Under the pieces are notes generated by a model, which was not told the origin of the DNA, did not search any database, and saw only the letters and a list, made by a program, of their open reading frames with translations. Made by a program: the position numbers and the translations under genes. DNA of 64,000 nt from a bacterium (GTDB lineage Bacteria > Hinthialibacterota > Hinthialibacteria > Hinthialibacterales > Hinthialibacteraceae), in NCBI GenBank assembly GCA_963662285.2, contig CAXXMV010000008.1:1216001-1280000 (forward strand), written 5' to 3'. Position 1 is the stretch's first letter, and each line of letters opens with the position of its first letter. Shown piece after piece: positions 29,525 through 40,873 of the stretch.

Positions 29525-29694
29525 AATCATCTAAATATCTGTAGTGTGATCTGATCAACTATAGGATTTCATGGTTATGCTCATTTTTTTTCAACAACAT
29601 CACCTTTTCAATTTGTCAAAAGTGTCAGATTTTGTCTCACCTATTTCAATTCAACTATTACCCCAACAAACAGTTGGATTTCATTAATTCCTGC

Positions 29695-31539
29695 TTAGGA
29701 AAAGCATTTCAGCAAGATTTTGGGGAAATTGGATTTGTTGATTAGTTTTTTTAATTTGCGTGGAATTCCTCCTGATTGCATCTTGTGATTTTTCATTTCT
29801 TCGCGAATTGTATTGCTATCAATTTCCGCAAAACGTTCTTCCAGGCTGCTTCTGCCATTCAAGATTATCTCCAGGTATTGTTGGTTTTCCAGATTTTTGA
29901 CCAGGGGCGTATCGGATAGCATAGTCTTTAACATCTTGCTCATCGAACTGGTTCCGGTTTTTTTACAGTGGTTGCGTTTCAAATCTCGAAAGAAGCGTTC
30001 CAGCAGATTGTTTGTCCTTTGCGGCTGAATGATGACTGTCCCATCCGCTGTATCGACAGGGATAGCATCGGCGAAAAGTTTATCCCAGTATTTATCGATC
30101 TGCGCCAGCATTTTTTGTAAGTCGGAATCCAATGTCAGTTTGTAAGTACTGCACAGCCTTTCGCAAAAATCATTAACCCTTTTTTCAATAGTACTGATGT
30201 CAGTATCTTCTCCATCATCATTGAGGCCTTGTTTCTTACCGGGGATAGTGATGCGCATGGCTCTGCGTAGCTCATCAAATACCTGGATTTTGCGCTGCAT
30301 GCTGGAGGCGGTATTCCGTAGAACAACGTCATCGGTTATCTTCTGCAAAGCTTCCGCCAATTGTTGATGCCAGGAATTTACCGGGAATAACGATGCCGGA
30401 ATTTTGCTGAATACGGAATGCATGGTTTTCAGCCTTTGATAAAAATCCAGCTGCGAGCGGTCAAATGGAAATCCCAAACCATCCCCTTGATGTCTGGCAT
30501 CTAACACCCAGATGATCAAGGCATATACCATTGGTAGTAATTCCGGTGGTTCATCATCCCGCCCTTCCATGCATGTGGCGAGTGCATGGAGCCAATTTTG
30601 ATCGCTATTCAAAATCGGCTTGAGTTCTTTCGCCGCTTTACGCAACAAACTTTGCGCGCCGTACTTTTTCAAATGCTTCCGCAAAATATCGTTTTCGATT
30701 CCATAAAGATCGTTTCCCAGATCGCGCAAAAAATGGAAATGGCAAATGAAAGCAGGAACCTGTGGGAACACGGTTTCGATGGCCAATGCCATCCCTTTTC
30801 CCATATCACTGACCACTGCTTGAGGACGACCGTAACGCGCTTTGATCCGTGAAAGGAAAGGAATTATTTGCGCCGAATTTTCCGATGGCAGTTTGATATT
30901 ATCCAGAACAATTTGGCTGAGGCCATCCAAAACGCTTATCAGATGAGGGCTGTCACCTTCACAGGTCCCATCCAAATGGAGAATATACCCTCCTCGCAAA
31001 GCCATATTCTCTTGTATCTCGCAACTGTTTTCCCGATGGATCACAGCCAGATAAATGATGAACTTTTTCGCCAGATACTCGATTTCGCTTTTAGAAATAC
31101 TGATATTTTTCTGGATCAATTCTTGTTGAATCTCTTCTTCACTACGGCAACCAAGGAACCAGGTCATCCCTACATGGATCAAAACATCATACCCGAACTT
31201 GCATCGGGGCGGCGCCAGGGCTTGCAACTCCTCAGAAGCATAGATCGTTTTAGCGCCGCAAACATCGCAATGCAAAATGATTTCCTTCGCACGCCATTCA
31301 CCCATATCCAAAGTGACCAGAGTCCTGCGCTGAGTTTTCAGAACCTTCAAGCGCTCGCCGCAAGAACAGCTGCGCTGATATGAACAAAAGACAATTGTTG
31401 GAGAAGACGGAAAAAGCGTTGTTGACGAAATCTGATCCAGCAATTGATGACGATATTTTTTCAGACATCGGATGAGCTCGTAGCCGCAGTTTTTTTTTGC
31501 AGACCATGATGTTCGAAAAAAAGATGAATCGATTCGCAC
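29695..31539 (-). CDS. DDE transposase (OrfB), probably reached by a -1 frameshift
   Basis: LHLDGT, VSDMG, CHFHFLRD (CxxH), RTNNLLERFFR; N-terminal Zn-finger-like Cys. Confidence 0.8.
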   Translation of the reverse strand: MRIDSSFFRTSWSAKKNCGYELIRCLKKYRHQLLDQISSTTLFPSSPTIVFCSYQRSCSCGERLKVLKTQRRTLVTLDMGEWRAKEIILHCDVCGAKTIYASEELQALAPPRCKFGYDVLIHVGMTWFLGCRSEEEIQQELIQKNISISKSEIEYLAKKFIIYLAVIHRENSCEIQENMALRGGYILHLDGTCEGDSPHLISVLDGLSQIVLDNIKLPSENSAQIIPFLSRIKARYGRPQAVVSDMGKGMALAIETVFPQVPAFICHFHFLRDLGNDLYGIENDILRKHLKKYGAQSLLRKAAKELKPILNSDQNWLHALATCMEGRDDEPPELLPMVYALIIWVLDARHQGDGLGFPFDRSQLDFYQRLKTMHSVFSKIPASLFPVNSWHQQLAEALQKITDDVVLRNTASSMQRKIQVFDELRRAMRITIPGKKQGLNDDGEDTDISTIEKRVNDFCERLCSTYKLTLDSDLQKMLAQIDKYWDKLFADAIPVDTADGTVIIQPQRTNNLLERFFRDLKRNHCKKTGTSSMSKMLKTMLSDTPLVKNLENQQYLEIILNGRSSLEERFAEIDSNTIREEMKNHKMQSGGIPRKLKKLINKSNFPKILLKCFS

Positions 31540-32135
31540 GAGATGGAAATCCCCTTTTGTAGAAGCCTCTTGCGCAGATCCGCCGCACTGAGATGGGGAT
31601 GATTGATTTTTTCAACCAGCAACTGAACCGCTTCTGCATCGGTGGGGAATACAGTGGATTGTTTTTCGCCCCAACTTTCTCTGTGATCTTTTTGGGCGTT
31701 CAATATTTTTTTCTCCGCAGAAAAATAGAACAATCGCCCTTGGAAAGTTTCCCGATGTAAGCCGGACGCCTCACGAAAATGCGACAGAAATGAATGCGGT
31801 GAAAGACCCACCAGATGACCAATCTCTTGAGCGGAAAGTCCCATGTGTGAATGCTGGACAAGATGGATCACGGTCTCTTTAAGGTTTCCGAATTTTGAGA
31901 ATCGGATGGATTCGTAGCGCCATAATCCATTGGCGTCAAACTGAGCCACGTCAGGCAAAACATAATATTGCCCGTTGTGGTTGTAACTGGTGTGGGTCTT
32001 CCATTGCTTCAGTCGCCGCCGCGCGGTAGGGATGGATCGTTCAAGAATCAAAGCAAGTTGATCGATTTTCATAACCTTCTTTTTCCGGAAAATCTGAAGA
32101 ACAGCATCATCGATATTGTTTTTTGGAGACATCAT
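31461..32135 (-). CDS. IS OrfA, HTH DNA-binding protein
   Basis: Inside the IS IRs; overlaps OrfB across an A9 run. Confidence 0.7.
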   Translation of the reverse strand: MMSPKNNIDDAVLQIFRKKKVMKIDQLALILERSIPTARRRLKQWKTHTSYNHNGQYYVLPDVAQFDANGLWRYESIRFSKFGNLKETVIHLVQHSHMGLSAQEIGHLVGLSPHSFLSHFREASGLHRETFQGRLFYFSAEKKILNAQKDHRESWGEKQSTVFPTDAEAVQLLVEKINHPHLSAADLRKRLLQKGISISCESIHLFFEHHGLQKKTAATSSSDV

Positions 32136-32639
32136 TTTTTACCTCAATGATAAAGTATCTGCTATAAGCGCATTTTATACGTATACTTTATCATATTTCC
32201 AGAGTAAATGACATCTTTTTTTGAAGCAAACATGGAATTTATTGGGATTTTTTAAAATAGACAGCGAGAAATTGCAATGCATATACTTGACCAGATAAAC
32301 CAATCACCGCAGCAAGTATTTGACTTTGTTTAACTTAGAAAAATCCAACCTTTTGTTGGGATCATAGCAATTCAATATATTCGGTTCAATCTCAAATTCA
32401 CCCAAATGTTCAATTAGACGGATGCTAATAGCGATTGACTTTTAAAGTGAAGCATTTGTTTTTCAATCATAGGGTATAACCAGATTATGAGCAGCTTTGC
32501 ATACACCTCAAACCAAAGGGCAATTGGTATAATATTTCAAAACATAGAATTTCGGATCAAGAAATCTTTTTCTCCGAACCGATTTGGCCTACCGATCTGT
32601 TTTAAAAGTATGGCGATGTTCTTGAAGAAACACTTAATT

Positions 32640-33758
32640 CTACAAAAACATGGAATCCTGCTTTTTCAACTCACGAACCGCATCCTTAACATTCTGAGCC
32701 CGGTCATTCGCACAAACCAGAATTCCATCGTTCGTCGATACAACAATCGTATCCTCCATGCCAATCACACATACCGCCATCTTCTCTTTACCCGGTTCGT
32801 TATAAACAACTACGTTTTTACAATCAATCAGTACTGGATCTCCGATTGGCGTGTTCCGGTTATCGTCACGCCTCCGGATTCGGGCAAGTGAATCCCATGC
32901 ACCAACATCATCCCAACGAAAGTCTCCCAACGCGGCAAACACGTTATCCGCCTTCTCCATCAATGCGTAGTCGATCGATATATCCGGTAAGGATTCGAAA
33001 ATCCGGGCGATTGATTCCTCATTGTCCGGTTCTTTCCGGATAGCATCGGTTAAACGATCGACGCCATCCGCCAGTATCGGCTCTGCTTTACGCAATTCAT
33101 TCAGAAATGTCGAAATTTTCCAGAAAAACATCCCGCTGTTCCAATAATAAAACCGCGATGCTTGATAACGTTCCGCATCATCGAGACTTGGTTTTTCTAA
33201 AAACCGCTCCACTTTATAGATCGGAATACTCTGAAATTCGGAGAAGGGTTTATTCAATTGATTGATTTCGATATAACCGTATCCGGTTTCAGGCCGGGTG
33301 GGATGAACGCCAATGGTAATCAATGCATCATTATCGTGAGCGAATGTAAGTCCCGCAATAACTGTGTCTTTAAACCGCCCTCCATCACCGATCAAATGAT
33401 CGGCGGTTGTGACCGACATCAAATAGTCTTTCGCCTCTTCCCCAAACCGGGCCAAAATATGGGCAATCGAAAAAACGAGGCATCCCGCCGTGTTGCGTTT
33501 ATGGGGTTCTCCGATAATATTTTCAGGCGGAACCGACGAGATTGATTTCTTGACAGGCTCTACTAATTGAGTGTTTGTTGCTATGAAAATCCGATCATCG
33601 GAAACAATCGGCCGTAACCGATTAACCGCTTCTTCAAGCATCGAATCCGTTTCGCTCGCTAATTTCAGCAACTGTTTCGGACGTTTCTTCCGGCTGACTG
33701 GCCAAAACCTTTCACCCGCTCCCCCCGCCATGATTACGGCAACGACTGGACGATCCAT
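32640..33758 (-). CDS. manC: Mannose-1-phosphate guanylyltransferase
   Basis: IMAGGAGERFWPVSR..RPKQ, EP..RNTA, ADH, PETGYGYI, FLEKP, WNSGMF, SIDYALME, WDDVGAW. Confidence 0.92.
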   Translation of the reverse strand: MDRPVVAVIMAGGAGERFWPVSRKKRPKQLLKLASETDSMLEEAVNRLRPIVSDDRIFIATNTQLVEPVKKSISSVPPENIIGEPHKRNTAGCLVFSIAHILARFGEEAKDYLMSVTTADHLIGDGGRFKDTVIAGLTFAHDNDALITIGVHPTRPETGYGYIEINQLNKPFSEFQSIPIYKVERFLEKPSLDDAERYQASRFYYWNSGMFFWKISTFLNELRKAEPILADGVDRLTDAIRKEPDNEESIARIFESLPDISIDYALMEKADNVFAALGDFRWDDVGAWDSLARIRRRDDNRNTPIGDPVLIDCKNVVVYNEPGKEKMAVCVIGMEDTIVVSTNDGILVCANDRAQNVKDAVRELKKQDSMFL

Positions 33759-33905
33759 GTAAACGCTCTCCTGACTATTACTATTTATTTTGTATATGCA
33801 ATGATGATATAAGGTAGATTATGCAAGTAATATTTACTTAGTTGATCCGTTGGGCCGCCACAAAATCAGAAAAATTGGTTTCTGGAGTGGATGTGGATTT
33901 GTCTT

Positions 33906-34229
33906 CTATTTCATCTTATAGTGCACTATCTCTTCTTCTAATTTGGAGATTTTGTCTAACAAATCAAAGACAAGCCCAATCCCATTCAGGTTGATTCCAA
34001 GATCATTTCGCAATCTAAGGATCTTCTGTATACGGGGAACAACACTTACATCAAAAATAAGTTTGGGTTTTTCATGAACCGGATCGATCAGACCCAATGT
34101 AACGAACCGGCGAATCATGTTTGGATGAAGATCGACATCTCGTGCGACTTCGTGGATATCCAGTAATTCAGCTATACAGGTTTGTGTGGTTACAACAATC
34201 GAGTATTGAACGTTCATTTTAGGCTTCAA
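33906..34229 (-). CDS. cbpM: Chaperone modulator CbpM-like (MerR-type)
   Basis: [26 protein letters not shown]; coupled downstream of cbpA. Confidence 0.8.
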   Translation of the reverse strand: MKPKMNVQYSIVVTTQTCIAELLDIHEVARDVDLHPNMIRRFVTLGLIDPVHEKPKLIFDVSVVPRIQKILRLRNDLGINLNGIGLVFDLLDKISKLEEEIVHYKMK

Positions 34230-35203
34230 TTCCGGTTGGATCGTGGATTAAACGATGAATTTTCTTTTAATTTCGTATAAAGATCTTCTTCAGTTTTTGT
34301 TAGTTCATTAGGAATATAAACTTTGAGTTTGATCAATAGATCTCCCCGGAATCCGTCTCTTTTAGGTAATCCCTTTCCGCGGAGACGAAGTTTATGTCCA
34401 CTTTGCGAACCTTTTGGAATGGTGATTTTTCCGGTATCGATAAATGTTTTAAAGTCAACAGTGGCGCCTAGCGCCGCTTCCCATGGTGCGATGGGCAATA
34501 CTGTGTATAAATCGCTTCCTTTAACTAAAAAGCGTGGATGGGGAGATATGTGAACTCGGAGAAACAAGTCGCCTAACGGTCCTCCTCCCATTCCTTTTCC
34601 ACCTTCTCCTGCTAACCGCATGATAGAACCCTCTCTAACTCCGGGCATAATTTTAACATCGTATTTCTTCTTCTTTTGCTCATACTGTCCTTGACCGATG
34701 TCTTCATTAACCGTTAAGAAGAAAGGTTTCGTGACGCCATGAAAAACTTCTTCCAGCGAAATCGTAAAATCGGCTTCGTGGGATGCGCCGGCTCTAGACC
34801 GAGATGCGTTCTGTTGAAGGTCGTCCGATATGCCTTCTTCACCGAAGAGTATCTTAAAAAAATCGCTAAAATTAGTTCCATCCCCGCCTTTGAAGAAAAA
34901 CGTATGGGAATGGGTATCCGGTTTCTTGGTTTTGAACTGCGTTTCCCAACTAGGAGGCGGTTGAAATTCATCACCAGCTTTCCAATCTGAACCCAACGCA
35001 TCGTATTTTTTTCGTTTTTCAGAATCTTTCAAAATCCCATAGGCTTCATTGATTTTCACAAACTTTTTTTCTGATTCGGGTTCGTTGTTTACATCGGGAT
35101 GATATTTTCTGGCTAGTTTTCGATACGCATGCTGAATCTCCTTCTGTGATGCCGTTCGTGGAACACCGAGAATGCTGTAGTAATCCTGAAATGATACTGC
35201 CAT
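34226..35203 (-). CDS. cbpA: DnaJ-class chaperone CbpA
   Basis: J domain DYY..HPD..KYD, FSDFF, C-terminal [15 protein letters not shown]; no Zn finger. Confidence 0.88.
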   Translation of the reverse strand: MAVSFQDYYSILGVPRTASQKEIQHAYRKLARKYHPDVNNEPESEKKFVKINEAYGILKDSEKRKKYDALGSDWKAGDEFQPPPSWETQFKTKKPDTHSHTFFFKGGDGTNFSDFFKILFGEEGISDDLQQNASRSRAGASHEADFTISLEEVFHGVTKPFFLTVNEDIGQGQYEQKKKKYDVKIMPGVREGSIMRLAGEGGKGMGGGPLGDLFLRVHISPHPRFLVKGSDLYTVLPIAPWEAALGATVDFKTFIDTGKITIPKGSQSGHKLRLRGKGLPKRDGFRGDLLIKLKVYIPNELTKTEEDLYTKLKENSSFNPRSNRN

Positions 35204-35399
35204 AATTACCTGCTTATTCGTGGAAAATCAACTCACGTTTTGAATCCAAATGTTTTCTAAATATGCATGAATTATATCAATTAATTCAGATAAATTTCCT
35301 GACTTTATTACAAAAGAGTCAACGTATTCCTGAAGAAATTTATATATCTGACAAGGCGGTTCATAGAGAGCGACAATGAGTACACGGGAATTTATACTT

Positions 35400-35603
35400 T
35401 TAAAACATATAAAACAAGAGAGAAGAGCAATAAGCGATTATTGGGGTGCATAAATGGCGATTATATCTAAATCCGTTTTTTTGAGTCATCGTATCGAAAT
35501 CAAGATATCGTTCAACACGAACTTTATACCCTTCCTCAATTAATGCGTCATGATAAAGTATTAATGAATGATTATTATTTTCAATCAATAGGATATTCTT
35601 CAT
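35400..35603 (-). pseudogene. Receiver-domain remnant
   Basis: MKNILLIENN...LIEEGYKV resembles a REC N-terminus, then degenerates. Confidence 0.45.
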
Positions 35604-35706
35604 TTTACTATCTCGTTTCTGGATTAAATGTGAACCACGCATTCTGATTTTGGCGCCAAGAATAAATTTTTGACTAACGGTTCGTTATACTCCTCATGAC
35701 GTGTTA

Positions 35707-36048
35707 TCAATTTTCAATTTCCCGTTCCGCGTTTCGGACAACATGAAGTCCCTCTTTTTTCCAAGGGTAGCCTTGTTTCCCTGGTTGATTGTGGTTTGTC
35801 CGATTATCTTCCTGGAATCTCTTATGCAAGACCTTGATTATTTTTCTCTTGATTTTATTTTTCCCATCTTCACTGTCCATGAGATTCCATAGGCATTCCA
35901 TGATTTCCCGCTCAAGATCCAGTGCATCATCCTGGTTGTCGCTCAATGCAAGCGATATGGAATAACACATCTCCTCACACGAAAATAGAATTCTCTCAAA
36001 CTTTTTTGCATCTATTACTTGCTTCATGACGTGCACCACACATTTCAA
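35707..36048 (-). CDS. Degenerate ECF-sigma region-2-like protein
   Basis: FE....CYSISLALSDNQDDALDL.RE pattern recalls sigma region 2; no region 4. Confidence 0.35.
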   Translation of the reverse strand: MKCVVHVMKQVIDAKKFERILFSCEEMCYSISLALSDNQDDALDLEREIMECLWNLMDSEDGKNKIKRKIIKVLHKRFQEDNRTNHNQPGKQGYPWKKEGLHVVRNAEREIEN

Positions 36049-36105
36049 AAAAGACTTGATATTCCAAAGATTTAAATATTTCCTAACGCATGCATTTAAT
36101 GGAAT

Positions 36106-36540
36106 TTATATTCCGCAATTCTGCAGACCTTCTCTTGCGGTATCAGCCAAAAAGAACTGGCGTATGATACCAATTAAAACATTTAAATCGAAGGGTTTTT
36201 TGAGGAATCCAATGCAATCTCTAGATTTTGCATCTGATACCATTGTCTCATCGAGGTTACCTGAAATTAGTAACGACGGTAATTTAATGCCTTTCATTCT
36301 CAATTCATCTATGAGAGCCAAGCCTGTAAGTTTCGGCATATTAAAATCCGTTATAAGTAAATCAACTTTCTTCATATGTTCACGATTGCTTGCTAATATG
36401 AACAATGCTTCTGTACTGTTATTTACCTTTGTTACTTGAAATCCTTCATCACTTAGAGAACGGGATATTAATGAAAGAATAGTTTCATCGTCATCGACTA
36501 TCAGAATGTGCTTTTCATAGATCGTTTCTGTTTTAAGCAT
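36106..36540 (-). CDS. Single-domain response regulator
   Basis: ILIVDDD, DLLITDFNMP, ISG, FLKKPF. Confidence 0.88.
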   Translation of the reverse strand: MLKTETIYEKHILIVDDDETILSLISRSLSDEGFQVTKVNNSTEALFILASNREHMKKVDLLITDFNMPKLTGLALIDELRMKGIKLPSLLISGNLDETMVSDAKSRDCIGFLKKPFDLNVLIGIIRQFFLADTAREGLQNCGI

Positions 36541-36649
36541 GATAATCTATTACCTATAAGAGTTAATATTTAAATTATAGTCCTCGCCCGATAATTCAGA
36601 TATCATCAAAAAAATCTCACCTATAACAATAATACTGTATCAAACAAAA

Positions 36650-36687
36650 GTAAAATTCCGGTAAAACTCCGGTAAAAAATAAGTAAA
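36650..36687. promoter_or_regulatory. Four GTAAA boxes at 11-bp period (OmpR-type operator)
   Basis: GTAAA at 36650, 36661, 36672 and 36683; near-copy at 40669-40706. Confidence 0.7.
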
Positions 36688-36704
36688 GCATCCGAGGGAA
36701 CATT

Positions 36705-36738
36705 AAAAAAAACGGCCCATTTCCGAAAAAATGGGCCG
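36705..36738 (-). terminator. Intrinsic terminator of the ice-binding protein gene
   Basis: 10-bp stem CGGCCCATTT/AAATGGGCCG followed by T8 on the minus strand, about 20 bp after the stop. Confidence 0.85.
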
Positions 36739-39396
36739 CTTTGACTATGCAAGATCAATTACTCCTGACTGAAACTTACAGGACCTGAGTTCCGGAAGGG
36801 TCCATAGAATTGTTTGTTATCCGTTTCAATAACGGTTTTCAGTTGAAAAACCAGAAATTCGTAGGACTGTTCAAACTGTGGGCCCGAACGGAAATTAGAC
36901 GCTGTAAAAGACGATACTGTTTGTTTCCAAGCAAACTTAGTATCCAGCCCATTTCCAGTTCTCCCTAGATATGCAATGTCTGCGTTGTTCACTTTTACAT
37001 AAACATGAATATCTTTGACATTATTACTGTCTGGGATATCGCTATTGTCAAAGTTCCAGCGAATAACGAGTTCTTTCGCGTTTTCCGGGTCTTTGTCTTG
37101 CTTGTTGGACACGTCGATTAGCGAATCCGCATCGTCTGTTACAGTAACTGCCGGAGCGAGCGTGACCATTCCGCTCAGGAACGGACCCAGCGGAAACTTG
37201 CCGCTGCGCAATGCGAATATGCCGAATTGGTGTGTGCCATACGGCGCGTTATTCCAACTGAAGGTGTTGGCGGAACCGCCGCTACCCGTTCGCCCGATGT
37301 ATTGGCCAGGGCCACTAGGAGCAAACGCGTCTATTTTATAGACATGGTAGTCGATCGTGTTATCCGAACTCTCCGGCGGTATGACCTGCCAGCCAATTGT
37401 CAGCGCCCGCTTTTTCCTCGCATCGTAGTCAATCCCTCCGCTTAAATCAGTCACGGAAGTGTCATTGTCATAAATACCGATATTCATCGGAATAGTTGGG
37501 GCAATGTATGTGAGCGGTAAAGAATATTTCCAATCGCTCGGTTCACCATTGGCGTTAAGACCACGCAGGTAGAAGACATAAACGCCTGCATCTTGTTCGG
37601 TCAAATTCAACAGTACGTCCTGATCCGGTTTAGCGATATTGCCGCTAAACTTTGATACGTAGACGCCGTCGCGATAGGTGTGCAGCATATGGAATTCGTT
37701 CCCGCTGCTTGGCCAGCTCACCTTGATTTGCGATTGATTGATTTGCGCGGCCAGTACGGACGATGGTTTAACCGGTGGTGAAATTTGCATCGCGGTTGGC
37801 GTCGGCAAAACCGGTATCGGAGTGCTCGTTGCTGTTGGCAAAATCGTTATCGGAGTGCTCGTTGCTGTCGGCGGAACCTGTATTGGAGTGCTTGTTGCTG
37901 TCGGAGTTGAAGGAACCGGCGTTTCCGTAAAAGTAGGCGTAGGTGTTGCATTGCTTATAACGCCCACAATCGCGTTGGAATCCAGAGTGACAGCGCCATT
38001 TATCGCCAAGGCTCTGCCGTCCAGCGTTGCGCCGGTATTGAAGGATATTGATTGATAAGCCAAGATGGTTCCCTTAAAGACAGAGGTTGTACCAAAAGTT
38101 GCCGAAGTGCCGACCTGCCAAAAGATATTTGAAGCTTTGGCGCCTCCGGTCAGGATAACCTTGCGGCCGTTTGACACGGTGAGCGTACTGGCTATCTGGA
38201 AGATAAAAATGGCGTCGGGTTCACCAAATGCGTCAAGAGTAAGATCTCCCGACGATATTTCAAAAGAGGACGTAGTTTTAAACAGGCCCGGATAGAGCGT
38301 CCATCCGCCCAGATTTCCAGACATGGTGACTAGCGCCGATCGTCCGGCTACATCATTATATGCGGCAGTTAGGTCTGCTTGAGCCTGGGATGCTGTATCA
38401 TCGCCGGCATATATCGTCCCGCTCACTATGCCGGGAGGGAATCCAGTTATTTCCGAACCAGGACTCACTCCAATATCGCCAGTAATCGTAGTGCCAACAC
38501 TGACGACGTTGGTAATCGTTGAACCAGCCAGAACTGCAAAATCGCCTGCCGATCCTAGATCAACTAGTTCTTCGCCTTCCATTGGCGTCAATGGCGTCGT
38601 TGTGGGAGTCGGTGTTGTTGTTGGCGTATTTGTCACCGTTGGAAGAATGGGCGCTAATGTTGGCGTCGGCGGTTGCGCCGTATTAGTTGGCGTCGGTGTC
38701 GATGGCGCTAGGGTCATCGTCGGCGAAGGCGTAGCGGTGGACATCGGTTTATTGGTCGGTGTTGGCTCCGGCCGGTCATCCACTTGTATAGAAATTTCCT
38801 TTTGAACCACTCCGCCCTCCCCGTCATCCGCTAGGAAAGTAACCTGATGCATGCCGGCTTGGTCGTATTGTGGTATCCAACTAAATAAAGGTGAAACAAA
38901 TTTGGCTCCATTTGGGAGAAAGAGCGCTGTTATGGTCACAGCATCAGGCCCGCTGAAAGCGACATTAAACTTTAACAATTCTCCCTCACCTGTAATTTGG
39001 TCAACGGCGACAATGTAACTAGTTGGCAATGGCGTCACCGTTGCAATTGGCGTTTGGGTTGAAACCGGAGTATTGGTCGGTGTTGGCTCCGGCCGGTCAT
39101 CCACTTTTATAGAAATATTTCGTTGCTCCACTCCGCCATGCCCGTCATCCGCTTGGAACGTAGCCAGATGAGTGCCGGCTTGGTCGTATTGTGGTATCCA
39201 GTTAAAGCGAGGTGAAACAAAGGTAGCTCCTTCAGGGAGATTAATGGCTGTAAGAGTCACCTGATCTCCATTCGGATCAGTGTATTCGACAATAAATTTT
39301 AATAATGCACCCTCTTCTGTAATTTGGTCATCGACGAGGATGGTGGGAGTATCATTAGGCGGCCACGGTGTTGTCGTCGGTGTGTTGGTATTAACC

Positions 39397-39764
39397 GGCG
39401 TTGGCGTTGGCTCATCCGGCGTTGGCGTCGGCACGTCCGGCGTTGGCGTCGGCACGTCCGGCGTTGGCGTTGGCTCATGCGGCGTTGGCGTTGGCTCATC
39501 CGGCGTTGGCGTTGGTGCATCCGGCGTTGGCGTTGGCGCTTCCAGCGTTGGCGTTGGGGCTGGCGCTTCCGGCGTTGGCGTTGGCGCTTCCAGCGTTGGC
39601 GTTGGGGCTGGCGCTTCCGGCGTTGGCGTTGGCGCTTCCAGCGTTGGCGTTGGGGCTTCCAGCGTTGGCGTTGGCGATTCCAGCGTTGGCGTTGGGGCTG
39701 GCGCTTCCGGCGTTGGCGTTGGCGCTTCCAGCGTTGGCGTTGGCGATTCCAACGTTGGCGTTGG
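39397..39764. repeat. Coding tandem repeats (21/27-bp units) encoding PTPT(L/P)EA-type linker
   Basis: Repeated ggcgttggcgttggcgcttcc variants. Confidence 0.9.
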
Positions 39765-40424
39765 AGTCGGTGCTACTGGCGCTATAGGCAACGTAATGAT
39801 GTTGTTGTCCATTGTGACTGCGGCTGTTCTCGCCAAAGCTCTGCCTTCCAGCGTTGCGCCGGCATTGAAAGTGATTGCTACTTGAGCCAAAATGGTTCCC
39901 TTAAAGACGGCCGTCGTACCAAAAGTCGCCGAACTGCCGACCTGCCAAAAGATATTGTAAGCGCTGGCGCTTCCGCTCAGGATAACTTTGCGGCCGTTTG
40001 TTACGGTTAGCGTGGTTGCCATCTGGAAGATGAAGACGGCGTTGGGGTCGCCCTGGGCGTCGAGAGTGAGATCTCCCGACGATATCTCAAGCGAGGACGT
40101 CGATTTATAGAGGCCCGGATAGAGCGTCATCCCCCCCAGATTTCCGGCCACGCCGGTCGGCGCCGTTACTCGTCCGGCGGCGTCATTATACGCGGTAGTT
40201 AGATTGCTTTGGGCCGTTTGCGAAACAACAGTGCCCGCTTCTATATCCCCGATTATTACGCCAGGACCGAAACCAACCACTGCAGAACCTGGAAAAACTC
40301 CAATATCTCCAGTAACCACGGTGCCCACACCGGGGACGTTAGTAACCGTAGAGTAGGCCAGAACCGCGAAATCGCCTGCTGATCCTAGTTCTACTGGATC
40401 TTCAGCCGCTATAACGGTTGTCGC

Positions 40425-40454
40425 AAAACTCATCAGCAAAACTCATCAGCAAAA
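40425..40454. repeat. 13-bp tandem duplication AAAACTCATCAGC x2
   Basis: 40425-40437 equals 40438-40450, followed by AAAA microhomology. Confidence 0.9.
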
Positions 40455-40668
40455 GAATACATAATCCGAAGATATGTAGTTCTCCCCTCCGAAAATGAAT
40501 CTCGCGCGCCCCCGAATTCATACGGTCTACTGCGTTTTCTTTCAACATGTTTTTTTTCTCTCCTTTTTTATATTTAATTACGCTATGATTTGCCTGGAAA
40601 TTCGCGTGGTATTACTAGTACAATGGATAATCTGGCTAAAGACACAAAATGTAATATGACACACAAAA

Positions 40669-40706
40669 GTAAATTCCAGGTAAAACTCTCGTAAAATCTT
40701 AGTAAA
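40669..40706. promoter_or_regulatory. Four GTAAA boxes at 11-bp period (OmpR-type operator)
   Basis: GTAAA at 40669, 40680, 40691 and 40702, between the ice-binding gene and the divergent kinase. Confidence 0.7.
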
Positions 40707-40873
40707 GAAATTAAGGGATTTGATTGGATGCATCCAATGATCGAATGTCCTGAAAAAGTGCTAAAAGAATATTCCATAACATGTAAGACCATTTATCTCA
40801 TGATATGTAGAATAGAAGAAAGTAATGTGTTATGATATAAATTCTATTATTTGAATCACATGATCCTGGGGAA

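Larger units (their letters stand above)
29655..32367 (-). mobile_element. Complete 2713-bp insertion sequence (two-ORF, IS256/Mutator-like DDE)
   Basis: 27-bp imperfect terminal IRs (29655-29681 CTATTACCCCAACAAACAGTTGGATTT; 32341-32367 reverse complement CTATGATCCCAACAAAAGGTTGGATTT); 8-bp TSD CAATTCAA at 29647-29654 and 32368-32375. Confidence 0.9.
36759..40548 (-). pseudogene. Large secreted ice-binding-like protein (2x DUF3494, Pro/Thr linkers, 2 Ig-like repeats), frameshifted in the signal peptide
   Basis: Two LGSAGDFAVLA..LTLDA.G.P.A.FIFQ..NIFWQVG..LxGRALA domains; true ATG 40548 with AAGGAG RBS; removing one 13-bp copy restores a 1258-aa ORF (ORF track 36759..40439). Confidence 0.8.

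Noticed and set aside
39280-40010. Plus-strand ORFs rich in VG, RW or LA repeats, and a possible CRISPR-like array
   Set aside because: Antisense shadows of the Pro/Thr linker of the ice-binding gene; repeats are contiguous with no unique spacers, and no cas genes are present
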